This document shows, piece after piece, positions 8,997-19,242 of a DNA stretch of 64,000 nt. Source of the stretch: a virus; IMG/VR virus record IMGVR_UViG_3300029922_000001, positions 230,512 to 294,511 of that record. One strand, given 5' to 3'. Position 1 is the first letter of the stretch; every line of letters starts with the position of its first letter. A program made the translations under genes and the position numbers. Under the pieces are notes generated by a model. The model saw only the letters and a program-made list of their open reading frames with translations, made no database searches and was not told the DNA's origin.

Positions 8997-9233
8997 TTAT
9001 TGATATTCTACTGTTACTGTTCCGCTAACATCAACTTCTTTATGGTTATCTTTAGTGCAAAAATAATAAATACCACTTGAGAGATGAACTTCTCCATCAG
9101 AAGTATATTGATTGAGAATCTTGCCATCACTTGAATAAACCGTAACTTTGGAGTCAGTGTAATCTGCTCCACAACCGCACATGATTAACGAAAATAAGGA
9201 TAAGGTAAGAATAGAGATTGTAATTCTTTTCAT
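8997..9233 (-). CDS. small secreted/lipoprotein-like protein
   Basis: N-terminal signal peptide MKRITISILTLSLFSLIMCGC. Preceded by GGTATAATAAAACC-ATG on its strand. Confidence 0.4.
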   Translation of the reverse strand: MKRITISILTLSLFSLIMCGCGADYTDSKVTVYSSDGKILNQYTSDGEVHLSSGIYYFCTKDNHKEVDVSGTVTVEYQ

Positions 9234-9652
9234 GGTTTTATTATACCATATTTTGGCATACGAATCATATCTATGTAACCGCCCATTTCTGCACGAGTTT
9301 TGCCGGTTTGGTTTATGAAATTTTCAACTACAAATCCATGACGATTATACCATTCGATAAGTTGTTGTTCATTTAATTTAGGTATTCCATGATCATATAA
9401 AGGAAGTGGTTTAACTTCTAACCATAAGGTTACACCATGACGATCTGCGTAATAGGAAATTTCATCTAGAGTTCTAGAAGCAAAGCCTTTAAATTCATGA
9501 TCTGATTTGATGTAATCAATATAAAGTATTTTATTATTTCTGCCTATCAATAGTTCAACTTCAATAAGACCAAAATAAATAAAATGCTGTGATGTTTTTG
9601 GTGTAACATTATATGAACATTTCATATCAAGAAGCATTTCAGAGACGCCCAT
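9230..9652 (-). CDS. hypothetical protein, possibly GNAT-fold acetyltransferase
   Basis: C-terminal LIEWYNRHGFVVENF resembles the GNAT motif-B region. This is a weak assignment. Confidence 0.4.
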   Translation of the reverse strand: MGVSEMLLDMKCSYNVTPKTSQHFIYFGLIEVELLIGRNNKILYIDYIKSDHEFKGFASRTLDEISYYADRHGVTLWLEVKPLPLYDHGIPKLNEQQLIEWYNRHGFVVENFINQTGKTRAEMGGYIDMIRMPKYGIIKP

Positions 9653-9691
9653 ATTGAATCATTCAAAAAATAAAGCTTTTATCCTATGTAA

Positions 9692-10027
9692 TTACTTACT
9701 TATGATAAAAGCTTTATCGCTGATTCGCATGACAAAAACAGCTTCTTGTGCATAATGTTTCAAAGTGAATTCCACAATCGTTTTAATTTGTTCTTCGTTA
9801 CAGGCAATCCTTACTGGAATCATTAATTCTTTATGGATTTTACCTGTGGGACTAACCCATTGCCCTTTAGAAACTTTTTGAATAGTTAATCCTCCAGCAA
9901 TATCTCTCACATAATCATCCCAGATATTGTGATAGGGAACTAATACATTTTTCCTTCCCATTTTATAGGGAACCAATATTTCCCAAACTTCAGTTTCTAA
10001 ATTCATGATGAAATTATTATGACACAA
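9692..10027 (-). CDS. hypothetical protein
   Basis: 111-aa ORF. Confidence 0.4.
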   Translation of the reverse strand: MCHNNFIMNLETEVWEILVPYKMGRKNVLVPYHNIWDDYVRDIAGGLTIQKVSKGQWVSPTGKIHKELMIPVRIACNEEQIKTIVEFTLKHYAQEAVFVMRISDKAFIISK

Positions 10028-10037
10028 TCTATGCTAT

Positions 10038-10322
10038 TTATGCAAGGGCAGGAGATTTTGTTTTAATAACGTTCAAACAGTCGATGTAACCCATTGCTCT
10101 TTCTTTAATTTCTTTATTATCAAAGATTAGAACTGTAGGTACGGTAGTGATAAAAAATGATTCTGCGGCTTCCATGTTTTCTTCGATATCACAAATAGCA
10201 ACATTCATATCGTCTGTAATTTGCTTTTTAAGATTTTGGCATGGCGCACACCAAGGGGCAGAAAATAAGACTATGCTTTGCGAAGCTGTGTCTTTAATTT
10301 GTTCGTATGTAATTGATTTCAT
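10038..10322 (-). CDS. thioredoxin
   Basis: WCAPCQ active site in a 94-aa thioredoxin-fold context. Confidence 0.8.
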   Translation of the reverse strand: MKSITYEQIKDTASQSIVLFSAPWCAPCQNLKKQITDDMNVAICDIEENMEAAESFFITTVPTVLIFDNKEIKERAMGYIDCLNVIKTKSPALA

Positions 10323-10491
10323 AGGTATATATTATGATAATTCAAATGAACCCAAATATAACCAAAAAGGTTAGAACTCGTCGGAGTGAATCAGTAGAAG
10401 GCTAGGAAATCGAGTCCTTAACGGCTATTTACCGTCACACCTATTTTCGAAATAGGGCTAATAACCATATTAGAAAACCTTCTTATAATTC

Positions 10492-10746
10492 TTACTGTAG
10501 TGTAGCCAAGAATTCATCAATAGCTTCGCTAAATGATGCAAACTCAACTCTGGAACGATCAGGGTACAAAACAGACCAAGTTTCACCATCCATCTTTTCA
10601 ATTAAAGATTTTTTACCTGAAACCTTCAATCCATATTGCAAAACTTGAGCAATAGGCATCTTTAACAGTGAGTTGTGATAATAAGGTTCTGGGGCAGGAA
10701 TTGGTGGAACGACGTTAGATTCTTTTACTGGTTTTTCTTTTTTCAT
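10492..10746 (-). CDS. hypothetical protein
   Basis: 84-aa ORF with an AGGAGA Shine-Dalgarno 5 nt upstream of the ATG. Confidence 0.45.
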   Translation of the reverse strand: MKKEKPVKESNVVPPIPAPEPYYHNSLLKMPIAQVLQYGLKVSGKKSLIEKMDGETWSVLYPDRSRVEFASFSEAIDEFLATLQ

Positions 10747-10766
10747 ATTAATCTCCTAATAATGAA

Positions 10767-11114
10767 TTATACAGTTAATTCAGTATTAGGAGATTTGATT
10801 TTGGATTTTTGATATAAATCTTCGTAGTGTTTATCAATTTCTTGTTTAAAAGTCTTGAAATTCAAACCATGTTCAGGTGCCCATGATCTACTACCACAAG
10901 AAGTAACGACATCTAAATCAATAAGCATTTTGCCCACTGTGCTATCAGAAATATAAGCATCATGATTTTCTAACTCTTCTAAAAGTTCGAATAAATCTTG
11001 AAGATCATATTCAACATCGTTAATAGTAATCCAATAACGATAAGCTATATATGGTTCAAGTCTTGGTTTACTAATAGGCAAATCGTTAGTCAAATCTAAG
11101 GTTAATTGTGGCAT
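10767..11114 (-). CDS. hypothetical protein (weak paralog of 11133..11492)
   Basis: 115-aa ORF preceded by GGTATACTCAGATT-ATG. Shares the spacing pattern V.Y..Q.L...E....T..L.DL.V with its neighbour. Confidence 0.45.
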   Translation of the reverse strand: MPQLTLDLTNDLPISKPRLEPYIAYRYWITINDVEYDLQDLFELLEELENHDAYISDSTVGKMLIDLDVVTSCGSRSWAPEHGLNFKTFKQEIDKHYEDLYQKSKIKSPNTELTV

Positions 11115-11132
11115 AATCTGAGTATACCTTAA

Positions 11133-11492
11133 TTAGTCATTTATGTGTGCTAAACGACTTTTATAGATTAAAGTCGTTAATTCTTCATTGAGAAAAGATA
11201 TAAATTTATCATAATTAACATCGGCATTTTGAATGGAATGATTTACCTCTGGATATTTACCTTTATTCGAATGCACAATAACTTTTAAGTCTTGTAACAT
11301 AGCTCTTGTGGCTGGATTCCAAACATGTCCCCATCTACGATGTTCAAAACTTTTAAATATATCCAGTAATTCCTGAATGTTATATTTGACTCCCTTAACC
11401 ACAATGAAATAATGATGAACCCAAACTTGCTCAGACTCATATTTAACAGTATCAATGCCTAAATCATTCATAATATCAGAAGTATACCTCAA
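11133..11492 (-). CDS. hypothetical protein (weak paralog of 10767..11114)
   Basis: 119-aa ORF. Confidence 0.45.
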   Translation of the reverse strand: MRYTSDIMNDLGIDTVKYESEQVWVHHYFIVVKGVKYNIQELLDIFKSFEHRRWGHVWNPATRAMLQDLKVIVHSNKGKYPEVNHSIQNADVNYDKFISFLNEELTTLIYKSRLAHIND

Positions 11493-12136
11493 ATCGTATA
11501 TGATTTGAGGTTATAAAAATACGCCCTTGTTAATCTTTTGACCGTAGAGCTAGGTCCAATCCAAGACATGACGTGCCAACCACTAACACCCATTGACGAG
11601 CCTGTAACAGCCATTTGGAGCCTAATGGATATGTTCTTGACTTTCATGCCCAACTCTACACATAATGCTTTAATTGTGGTTTGAACCCACTCTAAGGAAA
11701 TGTCATTCTCACCTTCAAGAAGAGGTATATAATGATCTAAAAACAATCTAAAATCATCATCAAAAAGAGTTGGATTCTCAAAGGGAATTTCATAGTCAGA
11801 AATGGCAATACAACTCAAATGTTTAGCAAAATCAGATAGAATAAATGCTTTATCCTTAATATGCACAAGCATTTCATCAATGCGAGGATGATTCAAAGTG
11901 TCTTTGAAATGATGTAGTTGCGCTCCCATCAATCGTTTATTGAAATCCTTAATTTGCTTATTGTAGTCAACCTCATTGTCCTCATTGACTTCTATGGGGT
12001 TGTTTTTAATGATCGTATCTAAGATCATGAGATTTGGTAACTTTGAGTTATCAATATCGAACAAATTTGGTTTGTATAGAAAATCGCGCATAATGCGTTT
12101 ATTATACTTTATATTAACCCCTTTCAGCTTCTTCAA
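11489..12136 (-). CDS. hypothetical protein
   Basis: 215-aa ORF. Confidence 0.5.
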   Translation of the reverse strand: MKKLKGVNIKYNKRIMRDFLYKPNLFDIDNSKLPNLMILDTIIKNNPIEVNEDNEVDYNKQIKDFNKRLMGAQLHHFKDTLNHPRIDEMLVHIKDKAFILSDFAKHLSCIAISDYEIPFENPTLFDDDFRLFLDHYIPLLEGENDISLEWVQTTIKALCVELGMKVKNISIRLQMAVTGSSMGVSGWHVMSWIGPSSTVKRLTRAYFYNLKSYTI

Positions 12137-12533
12137 GAGCTAATTTAAGCATACCAACTTGACATTCTTTCCAATTAGCCACTCTTGGATTTTTGGAGTT
12201 TTGTTCGTATTTGCGAATATTATCTTTTAGATATTCGCATTGTTGAGCTAATTCTTTTTTCTTTTTATCTAAAATGATAACCAGTTGTTCTTTAAGTGTT
12301 TTAACATTATTATCAATCAAAATATGTTTTACGTCCCAAGGATTATAATGTCTATAATTGTACTTACCAAGTCTAACAACAAATAAATCAACTTTACCAT
12401 TTGGCAAAATTACATCTTCTGTAGCGTTTGTCCAGTCGGATTCGTAAACATAACATTCCGTTATAACGAATTCATTATTGGCTTGACTATACAATAAACC
12501 GAATGTATTTGGTTTTTCTTTGGGCAATAACAT
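12114..12533 (-). CDS. hypothetical protein
   Basis: 139-aa ORF preceded by GGTATAAT on its strand. Confidence 0.5.
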   Translation of the reverse strand: MLLPKEKPNTFGLLYSQANNEFVITECYVYESDWTNATEDVILPNGKVDLFVVRLGKYNYRHYNPWDVKHILIDNNVKTLKEQLVIILDKKKKELAQQCEYLKDNIRKYEQNSKNPRVANWKECQVGMLKLALEEAERG

Positions 12534-12817
12534 TATAATGGTATTATACCTTTTTTGCCGTATGTCTTGTTAGGTAATGGTTTTGTCCATGAAATCAAAT
12601 CATCGCCAGCTTTTTGCAGTTCTTTTCTAGTTGGTGTTCCATGAAGCATATACATTCCTATTGCTTTAACATCTTTTGATACATCTTCCAGTACATAATC
12701 TAATCCAGTGTAATCATGTAATTTCAACTGTGCGGCATTAGATTGTGCAATTACAGTTAAAATTGAAGCTTCTTCTGCGGGAACATTAATCATATTATTC
12801 CTCAATATAGAAGTCAC
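12533..12817 (-). CDS. hypothetical protein
   Basis: 94-aa ORF. Confidence 0.45.
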   Translation of the reverse strand: MTSILRNNMINVPAEEASILTVIAQSNAAQLKLHDYTGLDYVLEDVSKDVKAIGMYMLHGTPTRKELQKAGDDLISWTKPLPNKTYGKKGIIPL

Positions 12818-13181
12818 TTAATTTGCCAAGGAAAAAATCGTGAATTATTTCAGTGTCACTTTCTGCGTCTTCGTCAGTTGTTTTAGTGTCACCCTCTTCA
12901 TCTTCGTCACCTACTTCAATTGTTGCAACTATAACATTATTACTATCACTAACTATTGCAACCAAACCGTTAATTAAACCTAGTGCTGAAATGTAAAACT
13001 TGTCATCAATACAAGTAAGACCACAAGTTAAACCATCTAATTTTTCTACTGTTTCGGTATCTATTGGATGTTTAGTTAACAAAACCTTTGATACTATTTC
13101 TGGGGCAACTTCAACATATTTATTTAATAATGAAATGATAGATTCTAAATTGTCACTTCCAAGTCCACTGTACATACTCAT
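12795..13181 (-). CDS. hypothetical protein with acidic C-terminal tract
   Basis: 128-aa ORF containing EVGDEDEEGDTKTTDEDAESDTE. Confidence 0.45.
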   Translation of the reverse strand: MSMYSGLGSDNLESIISLLNKYVEVAPEIVSKVLLTKHPIDTETVEKLDGLTCGLTCIDDKFYISALGLINGLVAIVSDSNNVIVATIEVGDEDEEGDTKTTDEDAESDTEIIHDFFLGKLSDFYIEE

Positions 13182-13197
13182 GCTTTATTGTAAAGCA

Positions 13198-13551
13198 TTA
13201 AAATGTGTCATGTGGTTCTTGACCAATAGCTTGTTTTAAATCTGTGTGAAATTGGGCAACAGGATTTGGTTGTTGTTGCAATAATGGTTGTTGAGTAGCG
13301 TCAGGCTTATAAATTAAATGCCACAACCCTTCAATGGTCTTTAAGATTTGTGGTAGTTTAGAATCGGTATCATCAACTTCATGTTCTATAACAGAAGCAA
13401 GATCACGTAACTCTCCAGCGGCATGAGTACAAGTACTTGCAGTTGTTAATCTAATAGCAACTCTAGTAACAGAGTCCGCTTTTTTAAATTCACCCTTTTT
13501 GTCATATGCCGTTGCGTATTCAATAAGTTTATCTGCGTTCATGATTACCAA
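13198..13551 (-). CDS. hypothetical protein
   Basis: 117-aa ORF. Confidence 0.45.
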   Translation of the reverse strand: MVIMNADKLIEYATAYDKKGEFKKADSVTRVAIRLTTASTCTHAAGELRDLASVIEHEVDDTDSKLPQILKTIEGLWHLIYKPDATQQPLLQQQPNPVAQFHTDLKQAIGQEPHDTF

Positions 13552-13578
13552 ATTCTACAAACCTGGTAATCATTCCTT

Positions 13579-13935
13579 TTAATCAGTATTAACTTTTAGA
13601 ATTAATCTTGTTAAATCTGCGGTGTCTGCTTTAATGCCATAAAATTCTTGTAAGTCTAATGCCCTATTCCATGCGGAATTGTATGGATTTTCAGGTTTAC
13701 TAACTTCAAATTCCTTTTGAATTGCCACAATTTCTTCATCTAGTCTAAATTGTGCGTTAGTTAAATATTTATAAATCCACTTTACCGTTCCATATTCTTT
13801 TTGACGTTCAACATGCACTGTTGCGTGTGCTAAAATAGCATCAGTAAAATTGTGATTTTTTCTAACAACGATCACTGGATTGAAAGCAAAAGCTTGACAT
13901 GCTCCAGGTAGCCAAGACACACGGATAATTTTCAT
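13579..13935 (-). CDS. hypothetical protein
   Basis: 118-aa ORF. Confidence 0.45.
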   Translation of the reverse strand: MKIIRVSWLPGACQAFAFNPVIVVRKNHNFTDAILAHATVHVERQKEYGTVKWIYKYLTNAQFRLDEEIVAIQKEFEVSKPENPYNSAWNRALDLQEFYGIKADTADLTRLILKVNTD

Positions 13936-14144
13936 ATGATTATTATAGCTTGTTTTGTTGAGCTAAATCAAGTAGTATTTTTTGACGTTCTAATGGTGCA
14001 GAGACATAATCTGTTTTGATTAATTTACTGGTTTGCGTACTAGATAGACGATCTAATATACCAATCATGCTATTTAATAATATAATTTTTCTATTTTTTC
14101 TTTATCGCAATTTACAATAATTTTATCCAGTCTATCCAATCTAT

Positions 14145-14471
14145 TCATTTTATTCGCTCCATTAATATTTTGCTTCTTTTAGATGGTGATTTGGTTAGGA
14201 AGCCACAACCTTTAGCTTTATTGTAATCTAAATCAAAATCAAATTGATCTTTAGTGATATCAACTATGTCTTGTGTTTGTGGATTTTTTAAAAACCAATG
14301 AGTAATACCATCGACATTTAAAATGAATGGTTTGAAACCCAATTCTTTATATTTAAGATGATAAGCTACCTCGGAAGCCACATAACAATGACCCCAATAA
14401 GGATTAGAATGACCCCTGAATTGGGGTTTTAATAAATCTTGTGTTAAATGGCTTTGGATTTGTGTAATCAT
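14145..14471 (-). CDS. hypothetical protein
   Basis: 108-aa ORF. Confidence 0.45.
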   Translation of the reverse strand: MITQIQSHLTQDLLKPQFRGHSNPYWGHCYVASEVAYHLKYKELGFKPFILNVDGITHWFLKNPQTQDIVDITKDQFDFDLDYNKAKGCGFLTKSPSKRSKILMERIK

Positions 14472-15016
14472 TTCTTGACGATTCTTTTCCTGATATCAGC
14501 TTCAATTAAGGCATAGTCAGCACGTACTCTATCTGTGACTTGATAACCATCCTCAACATCAATACCAAAACGTTTTCGTGCATTGACGGTATCAGCATCT
14601 GGACCTGTCATGGGTAGATATTTAAGACTACCATTAACTTTAACCATTTCTCTATCGTTATTGCCGTAAGCACATTTAGCTACTGAATTGTAAGGATTAC
14701 CATCTTCTGGAATATAACCACGCAGTTTACTTCCGTCCCAATAAATAATAAAGAACACCGGATATTCCCAGTCTCCACCAGCACTAACTCCTAAAAAGGT
14801 TAAACCATTATCAAGGGTGTGAATACCCGTTAATGGTGTGAATTTATCTTCAGCATCTTCTACGTTCTCACAATCAAAGCTAACTTTTGCTAAATCCTTT
14901 GTGATAGTTGTGGTAAGTGTTGGGTATTGATAATAACCGAATTCATCAGAATCTCTAGCTTTTTGAAGTTTAATTCTAAAATCTTTTTCAGGTATTTCCA
15001 CAAAGAATCTACTCAT
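14468..15016 (-). CDS. hypothetical protein
   Basis: 182-aa ORF. Confidence 0.5.
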   Translation of the reverse strand: MSRFFVEIPEKDFRIKLQKARDSDEFGYYQYPTLTTTITKDLAKVSFDCENVEDAEDKFTPLTGIHTLDNGLTFLGVSAGGDWEYPVFFIIYWDGSKLRGYIPEDGNPYNSVAKCAYGNNDREMVKVNGSLKYLPMTGPDADTVNARKRFGIDVEDGYQVTDRVRADYALIEADIRKRIVKK

Positions 15017-15209
15017 TGTCTAGATCCACTACTTTAGTTAAATTAGGTAATAACTCTACTAGCTTACGATAAGCTTTAGTGTTAATATGAAATTTTTCAG
15101 TATCTGTGTATATTCTAAACTGACTATCATTGAACGAAGTTACAATACCTACAATTTTATCTGTATTAACATGGTAAATATATGGTCCATTTTTATATGT
15201 GATATACAT
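15009..15209 (-). CDS. hypothetical small protein
   Basis: 66-aa ORF. Confidence 0.35.
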   Translation of the reverse strand: MYITYKNGPYIYHVNTDKIVGIVTSFNDSQFRIYTDTEKFHINTKAYRKLVELLPNLTKVVDLDNE

Positions 15210-15379
15210 GCTTACATTATAACACTATTTGACTATAAAATACAACACTTTAGGTGGATTACGGTAATATTTAGCTAAAGTTGCTTGACCCTCCAGTGTT
15301 GCTAATGCACGATCAATAATAGCTTCTCTATCTTTCATATCTTGAATAATTGCATTAATATTTTTCGTGTTACTCGTGG

Positions 15380-15482
15380 AGCGGGTAGCGGAATTCGAAT
15401 CCGCATTTTAGCGTTCCTCTAAGTAAATATTTTAATATTTCTCACAGGCAACGCCATGTTCTAACCATTGAACTATATCCGC
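15380..15482 (-). tRNA. intron-containing tRNA, probable anticodon GCC (Gly); about 31-nt insertion in the anticodon loop; CCA encoded (15377..15379)
   Basis: Acceptor GCGGATA/TACCCGC with one mismatch. D-arm GTTC-AATGGTTA-GAAC. T-arm GCGGA-TTCGAAT-TCCGC. Anticodon stem TGGCG/CGCTA flanks TTGCC + 31 nt + AA. The insert contains an AAATATT/AATATTT hairpin. Confidence 0.55.
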
Positions 15483-15503
15483 GTGAATATATTATACCAC
15501 TTA

Positions 15504-15770
15504 TTAAGACGCTTTGACCTTTTTGTGAGTGTATTGTTCGGCGTTAATTAATTGTGAAATATTAGGATCTGAGCTAAATTCAATATCATTCTTAATGATA
15601 TTGAGGACTTCTTCACCATTTGGCATAGAAATTAATTTCTCTATTAAAGAAAATAATTTTCTATTTTGTTCCATTTGTGCGTCAAGTACATCTTTATTAA
15701 CCATAATTTTGGGTGTAAAATTTGGTATATATTTATAACTGCATGGCATTCTTTCTGATCGTATTGGCAT
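15504..15770 (-). CDS. hypothetical protein
   Basis: 88-aa ORF. Confidence 0.4.
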   Translation of the reverse strand: MPIRSERMPCSYKYIPNFTPKIMVNKDVLDAQMEQNRKLFSLIEKLISMPNGEEVLNIIKNDIEFSSDPNISQLINAEQYTHKKVKAS

Positions 15771-15776
15771 AGATTA

Positions 15777-16145
15777 TTATAGTCTAATTCTAAAAGAAAC
15801 TGATGGATCAACAATAATTACAGGTTCTGGATCATAATAACCAACAATAGGACCGTTTTCATAATAAGCTACCCCACCACCTTCATACCAAAACATGGTG
15901 ACATCACCAATAACGTAGGTTGTAACCCAATGGCATCTAGGTCTTTCACCAATGCGCCAAACACGAGTAGGAGTGAATCTATAATGTTCAAATCTACGAA
16001 TTCTAGAGTGTTCTGGTCTGCGATTTTGTTCTTGTCTAATTGCGGGTCTGCGTGATTCTTGATGACCACCACGACGCTGAGCTAAACCACTAACAGAAAG
16101 AGCTAGAATAGAGCAAAGAGCAATAAGTTTTAGATTTTGTTTCAT
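15777..16145 (-). CDS. secreted Arg/Pro-rich hypothetical protein
   Basis: Signal peptide MKQNLKLIALCSILALSVSGLA. Confidence 0.45.
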   Translation of the reverse strand: MKQNLKLIALCSILALSVSGLAQRRGGHQESRRPAIRQEQNRRPEHSRIRRFEHYRFTPTRVWRIGERPRCHWVTTYVIGDVTMFWYEGGGVAYYENGPIVGYYDPEPVIIVDPSVSFRIRL

Positions 16146-16175
16146 ACCTTATTATTATCCCTTTGCACTTTAAAT

Positions 16176-16526
16176 TTACTGAGAATTATTTAAGATATCA
16201 CTTCTTAAATGATCATATTTGCTTCGTTCATCTGCATACAAAGTGATAAGGGATTGTAGTCTTTCATCAGTAATGTCAGTAAGAATTTCCATTTCTGGAA
16301 TTTCACCCCATACGTTGTATATCTTATGTTTAATACAAAACTGCGTATGTCTTCGTTTACAATAAGGCTGGAAAATTAGCACATAAAACATAAATATTGT
16401 GAAAATACAGCCCATTACAAGTACCCAATGGAAAATAGCACTTGCAATTAAAAGAAAGTATCCACCAAAAACAATCCACATTGGCAGAACACGAGTGGTG
16501 AAATGTGTGTTATAAAAATTACTCAT
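16176..16526 (-). CDS. small membrane protein
   Basis: Two hydrophobic helices: FGGYFLLIASAIFHWVLVMGCIFTIFMFYVLIF. Confidence 0.45.
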   Translation of the reverse strand: MSNFYNTHFTTRVLPMWIVFGGYFLLIASAIFHWVLVMGCIFTIFMFYVLIFQPYCKRRHTQFCIKHKIYNVWGEIPEMEILTDITDERLQSLITLYADERSKYDHLRSDILNNSQ

Positions 16527-16756
16527 GATGAAAGTGTACCTTATTTCTTGATATGTTTATGGGTGTACTCATGAAATTCGGCAAGATGAAGATGCGGATG
16601 GGCGTTATTTTGAGCCATTTGCTGTATTGATTTCTTTGCCTTTAAGCATTTAGTATGGAAATATCCTTCCGGGGGGTTGACACAAGCTTAAAACATTTTA
16701 AATGCCAATTCCAGTGTTTGTTACAAAACTTACAAGTTTTCATATATAACTCGTGG

Positions 16757-16818
16757 AGCGAATAGCGGGATTCGAACCCGCCGATTTATAATTTAATGTG
16801 GTTTACCATATTGATCGC
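16757..16818 (-). pseudogene. truncated tRNA-like element (3' half only: T-arm, acceptor 3' strand, encoded CCA)
   Basis: GCGGG-TTCGAAT-CCCGC T-arm, then TATTCGC, T, CCA, CGAG. No D-arm or anticodon arm can be folded from the roughly 30 nt upstream. Confidence 0.3.
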
Positions 16819-17002
16819 CAAAATATATCAAAGCAATTAATTCTAGAAAAACAGAACTAAAATGATGAAATTCCAATGAACCTAATAAGGCTATGAAGAA
16901 AAATATCATGGAAACTTACACTTTTACATTTTGGACAATGTAGTTTTTCTGTAGCTTTCAAGTCTTTGAAATTGACAATAAATTGTCTTGTTGCTATCAT
17001 AG

Positions 17003-17099
17003 TTTTACTCGGAGCGGGTGTGGGTAGTCGAAACCCAATCTACTACTTCCTTTAGGTATATTCCTATCCCAAAGGAAGGAAGTTATAATAGCCGTTATA
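17003..17099 (-). tRNA. intron-containing tRNA (97 nt); anticodon CCU (Arg) if the insert sits between positions 36/37, otherwise uncertain
   Basis: Perfect acceptor GCGGGTG/CACCCGC. Discriminator T, then CC, then GAG. Anticodon stem CTTCC/GGAAG flanks TTCCT + about 20 nt + AA. The insert contains AGGAA, complementary to the loop. Confidence 0.5.
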
Positions 17100-17136
17100 A
17101 GACACCCGCTTACACATATATTATGCCCAATAATGA

Positions 17137-17388
17137 TTAGGTTTTTAGTGCAAATTCCTCATTTGTAGATACTAATTTTCTGATATATTCGGAAAGAACG
17201 TCTTCTACACCATTTGAACCATAGTCGGCAGTAAAAGCATAATCACCACCATCAATTCCTGAATTTTCGTATTTAACCAGTAGGCGCTTATGTGGTCTTT
17301 CATAAATACCAACAGCACGTCCACATACCATAGTTACATATAATCTTTGATTTTCCATGTGATTATTATAGCACAAAATCCGCCGCAA
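17137..17388 (-). CDS. hypothetical protein
   Basis: 83-aa ORF. Confidence 0.4.
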   Translation of the reverse strand: MRRILCYNNHMENQRLYVTMVCGRAVGIYERPHKRLLVKYENSGIDGGDYAFTADYGSNGVEDVLSEYIRKLVSTNEEFALKT

Positions 17389-17713
17389 CTTCTATGTGTT
17401 TTACAGTACTCACCTCACTTGCTTCTTTATTGTATTGATCAATTTTATTAGCCATACCAACAAGGCATTCTGCTATTTCTCTTAAATCTTCTGTTTCTAT
17501 AAACGGCATATGTATTTCTGATCTACAATCCCCTTCTTCGCCACAAAACACAAACGTCGTGAATAAATTAGGACCTCCTGGGAATTGACGATTTGGATTG
17601 ATATCTATTGTGTCAATATAAAAACATTGTTTAGCGCCTTCTCTATCCGTATTTTCCGCACCAACTACTCTATATGTTTTTGTTTTAACTTCACGATCAA
17701 TCATTTTATTCAT
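17366..17713 (-). CDS. hypothetical protein
   Basis: 115-aa ORF. Confidence 0.45.
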   Translation of the reverse strand: MNKMIDREVKTKTYRVVGAENTDREGAKQCFYIDTIDINPNRQFPGGPNLFTTFVFCGEEGDCRSEIHMPFIETEDLREIAECLVGMANKIDQYNKEASEVSTVKHIEVAADFVL

Positions 17714-17985
17714 CCTTCAACCTCAATAACTTTATTATATTGAATTTGTTCAGATAGCGTGTACTCTACAATTTCTACGGAATTTAAATATTCTTTATTA
17801 GAAACATTTCTTTGAGGATCATAATAAGAAATGTTTCTAAACTGAGTTAAATGCGCTTTAATATGATTTAACTGTTTCCATATTTTACCTTTTTTGTTAA
17901 ATAACGGATCTAATCCACCTGTAGAAAATAATCCAGTTTCTTTATTTCTTAATTTATATACTTTCATTGTAAAACTCGAATACAT
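17710..17985 (-). CDS. hypothetical protein
   Basis: 91-aa ORF. Confidence 0.4.
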   Translation of the reverse strand: MYSSFTMKVYKLRNKETGLFSTGGLDPLFNKKGKIWKQLNHIKAHLTQFRNISYYDPQRNVSNKEYLNSVEIVEYTLSEQIQYNKVIEVEG

Positions 17986-18002
17986 TATTAGTATATAATG
18001 TA

Positions 18003-18290
18003 TTATTTAATTAATGATTTAGCAGAAACTTCAACTAATTCCACTAAAGATTTTTCACTCAAATATCCACTATTAAATAATTTAACAGATTGAGCAAGAA
18101 ATTCAGATTCTTCCAATACCATTTTTTCTGTTAATGGCACAGAATTTCGTAATTTTTCAGCAAGTAAAATTATGGTTTTTCGCAATTCTACATCTAAATG
18201 TTTTCCGTTTTCTAATTTAAATTTAAGTAAATTTAAAGTTTCATTCAATTCGTAATTAATTTCTTCTAGGGTTTCAACAGTGTGTTTCAT
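18003..18290 (-). CDS. hypothetical protein
   Basis: 95-aa ORF. Confidence 0.4.
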   Translation of the reverse strand: MKHTVETLEEINYELNETLNLLKFKLENGKHLDVELRKTIILLAEKLRNSVPLTEKMVLEESEFLAQSVKLFNSGYLSEKSLVELVEVSAKSLIK

Positions 18291-18429
18291 ATCAAATAAT
18301 AATTTAATAATTTATATATTCTATACCTTCGGTTTGTTAATGAGTTTTGTCTGCAAATCATATTATATTTAAAATACTAGTAATTTTACTTGTTTATGGT
18401 ATATAAATAAAATTATTCTTATCACAATC

Positions 18430-18942
18430 CTAAGTACTATCTTTAGTTGGATTAACACTAAATAATTCTTTTCTTATTTCCATCCACAATTTTCCTAATT
18501 GATTTTGTCCATCTTTATTAGGTCCCCATCCCCAAAAATTATCACGCCAACTACACTCTACGATTGCATTATCACCACTAGCTTTAAGTTTTTTCATAAC
18601 ATACGGATGTTGATTTGCTTTTTCTTTTAAAATTTCTTTCATAATATCAAGTTTAACTTCATCCCAATCAACACGTCTTATATTTTTATTTTCCTCAGCC
18701 CATTTGAAACAAGCATGTGCTGAAGGCATTTTTCTAATCATATTTTTGATTTTTGGATCGTCAAATTTCTCAGAATGATAAGCGTGTTCTGATGTTGGAT
18801 AAATCTTACCCTTCCAATATAGTTGAAATGCAGAAAAATTAGAGAAAATATAATAATCACGTTCATAACAATCAAGGATTGGTAAGTCGTAATTCGCTAA
18901 ATCGTGATATTCAATCATGCTATTATTATAAGTAATCTTCAT
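18430..18942 (-). CDS. NADAR (YbiA-like) domain protein; predicted ADP-ribose N-glycosidase/hydrolase family
   Basis: Family signatures FSNFSAF ... YPTSEHAYHSEKF ... WGWGPNKDGQNQLGKLWMEIR. Confidence 0.8.
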   Translation of the reverse strand: MKITYNNSMIEYHDLANYDLPILDCYERDYYIFSNFSAFQLYWKGKIYPTSEHAYHSEKFDDPKIKNMIRKMPSAHACFKWAEENKNIRRVDWDEVKLDIMKEILKEKANQHPYVMKKLKASGDNAIVECSWRDNFWGWGPNKDGQNQLGKLWMEIRKELFSVNPTKDST

Positions 18943-19186
18943 GATATTCTACTACTGGAGTGTTTGATTTAGCTTTAGACTCTTCTTCAGCTAACATGCC
19001 CTTTTGATAAGCCTCATTAAGCAATCTTAAATGTCTAGCTTCATGATCAGTAATCTCTCCATCCATTTGTGAAATTGAATTTATATCTTGTTCAACATAC
19101 ATCATCTTAGGAGATTCGTTAACGTCCTGAAATAATTTAAGATCGTGTGTTTTGGTTGTATTTTCGTTTATGATATTTGGTTTCAT
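18926..19186 (-). CDS. hypothetical protein
   Basis: 86-aa ORF. Its 5' end and upstream region are duplicated at 19609..19720. Confidence 0.4.
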   Translation of the reverse strand: MKPNIINENTTKTHDLKLFQDVNESPKMMYVEQDINSISQMDGEITDHEARHLRLLNEAYQKGMLAEEESKAKSNTPVVEYHEDYL

Positions 19187-19242
19187 GCTTTATTATGAGC
19201 AATAATCACGTAAGAATACCTGTTTTTGGGACTTTTAGAAAT

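Noticed and set aside
15087-16072. ORFs 15087..15278 (+), 15529..15738 (+) and 15869..16072 (-)
   Set aside because: These are antisense or alternative-frame ORFs inside better-supported minus-strand genes.
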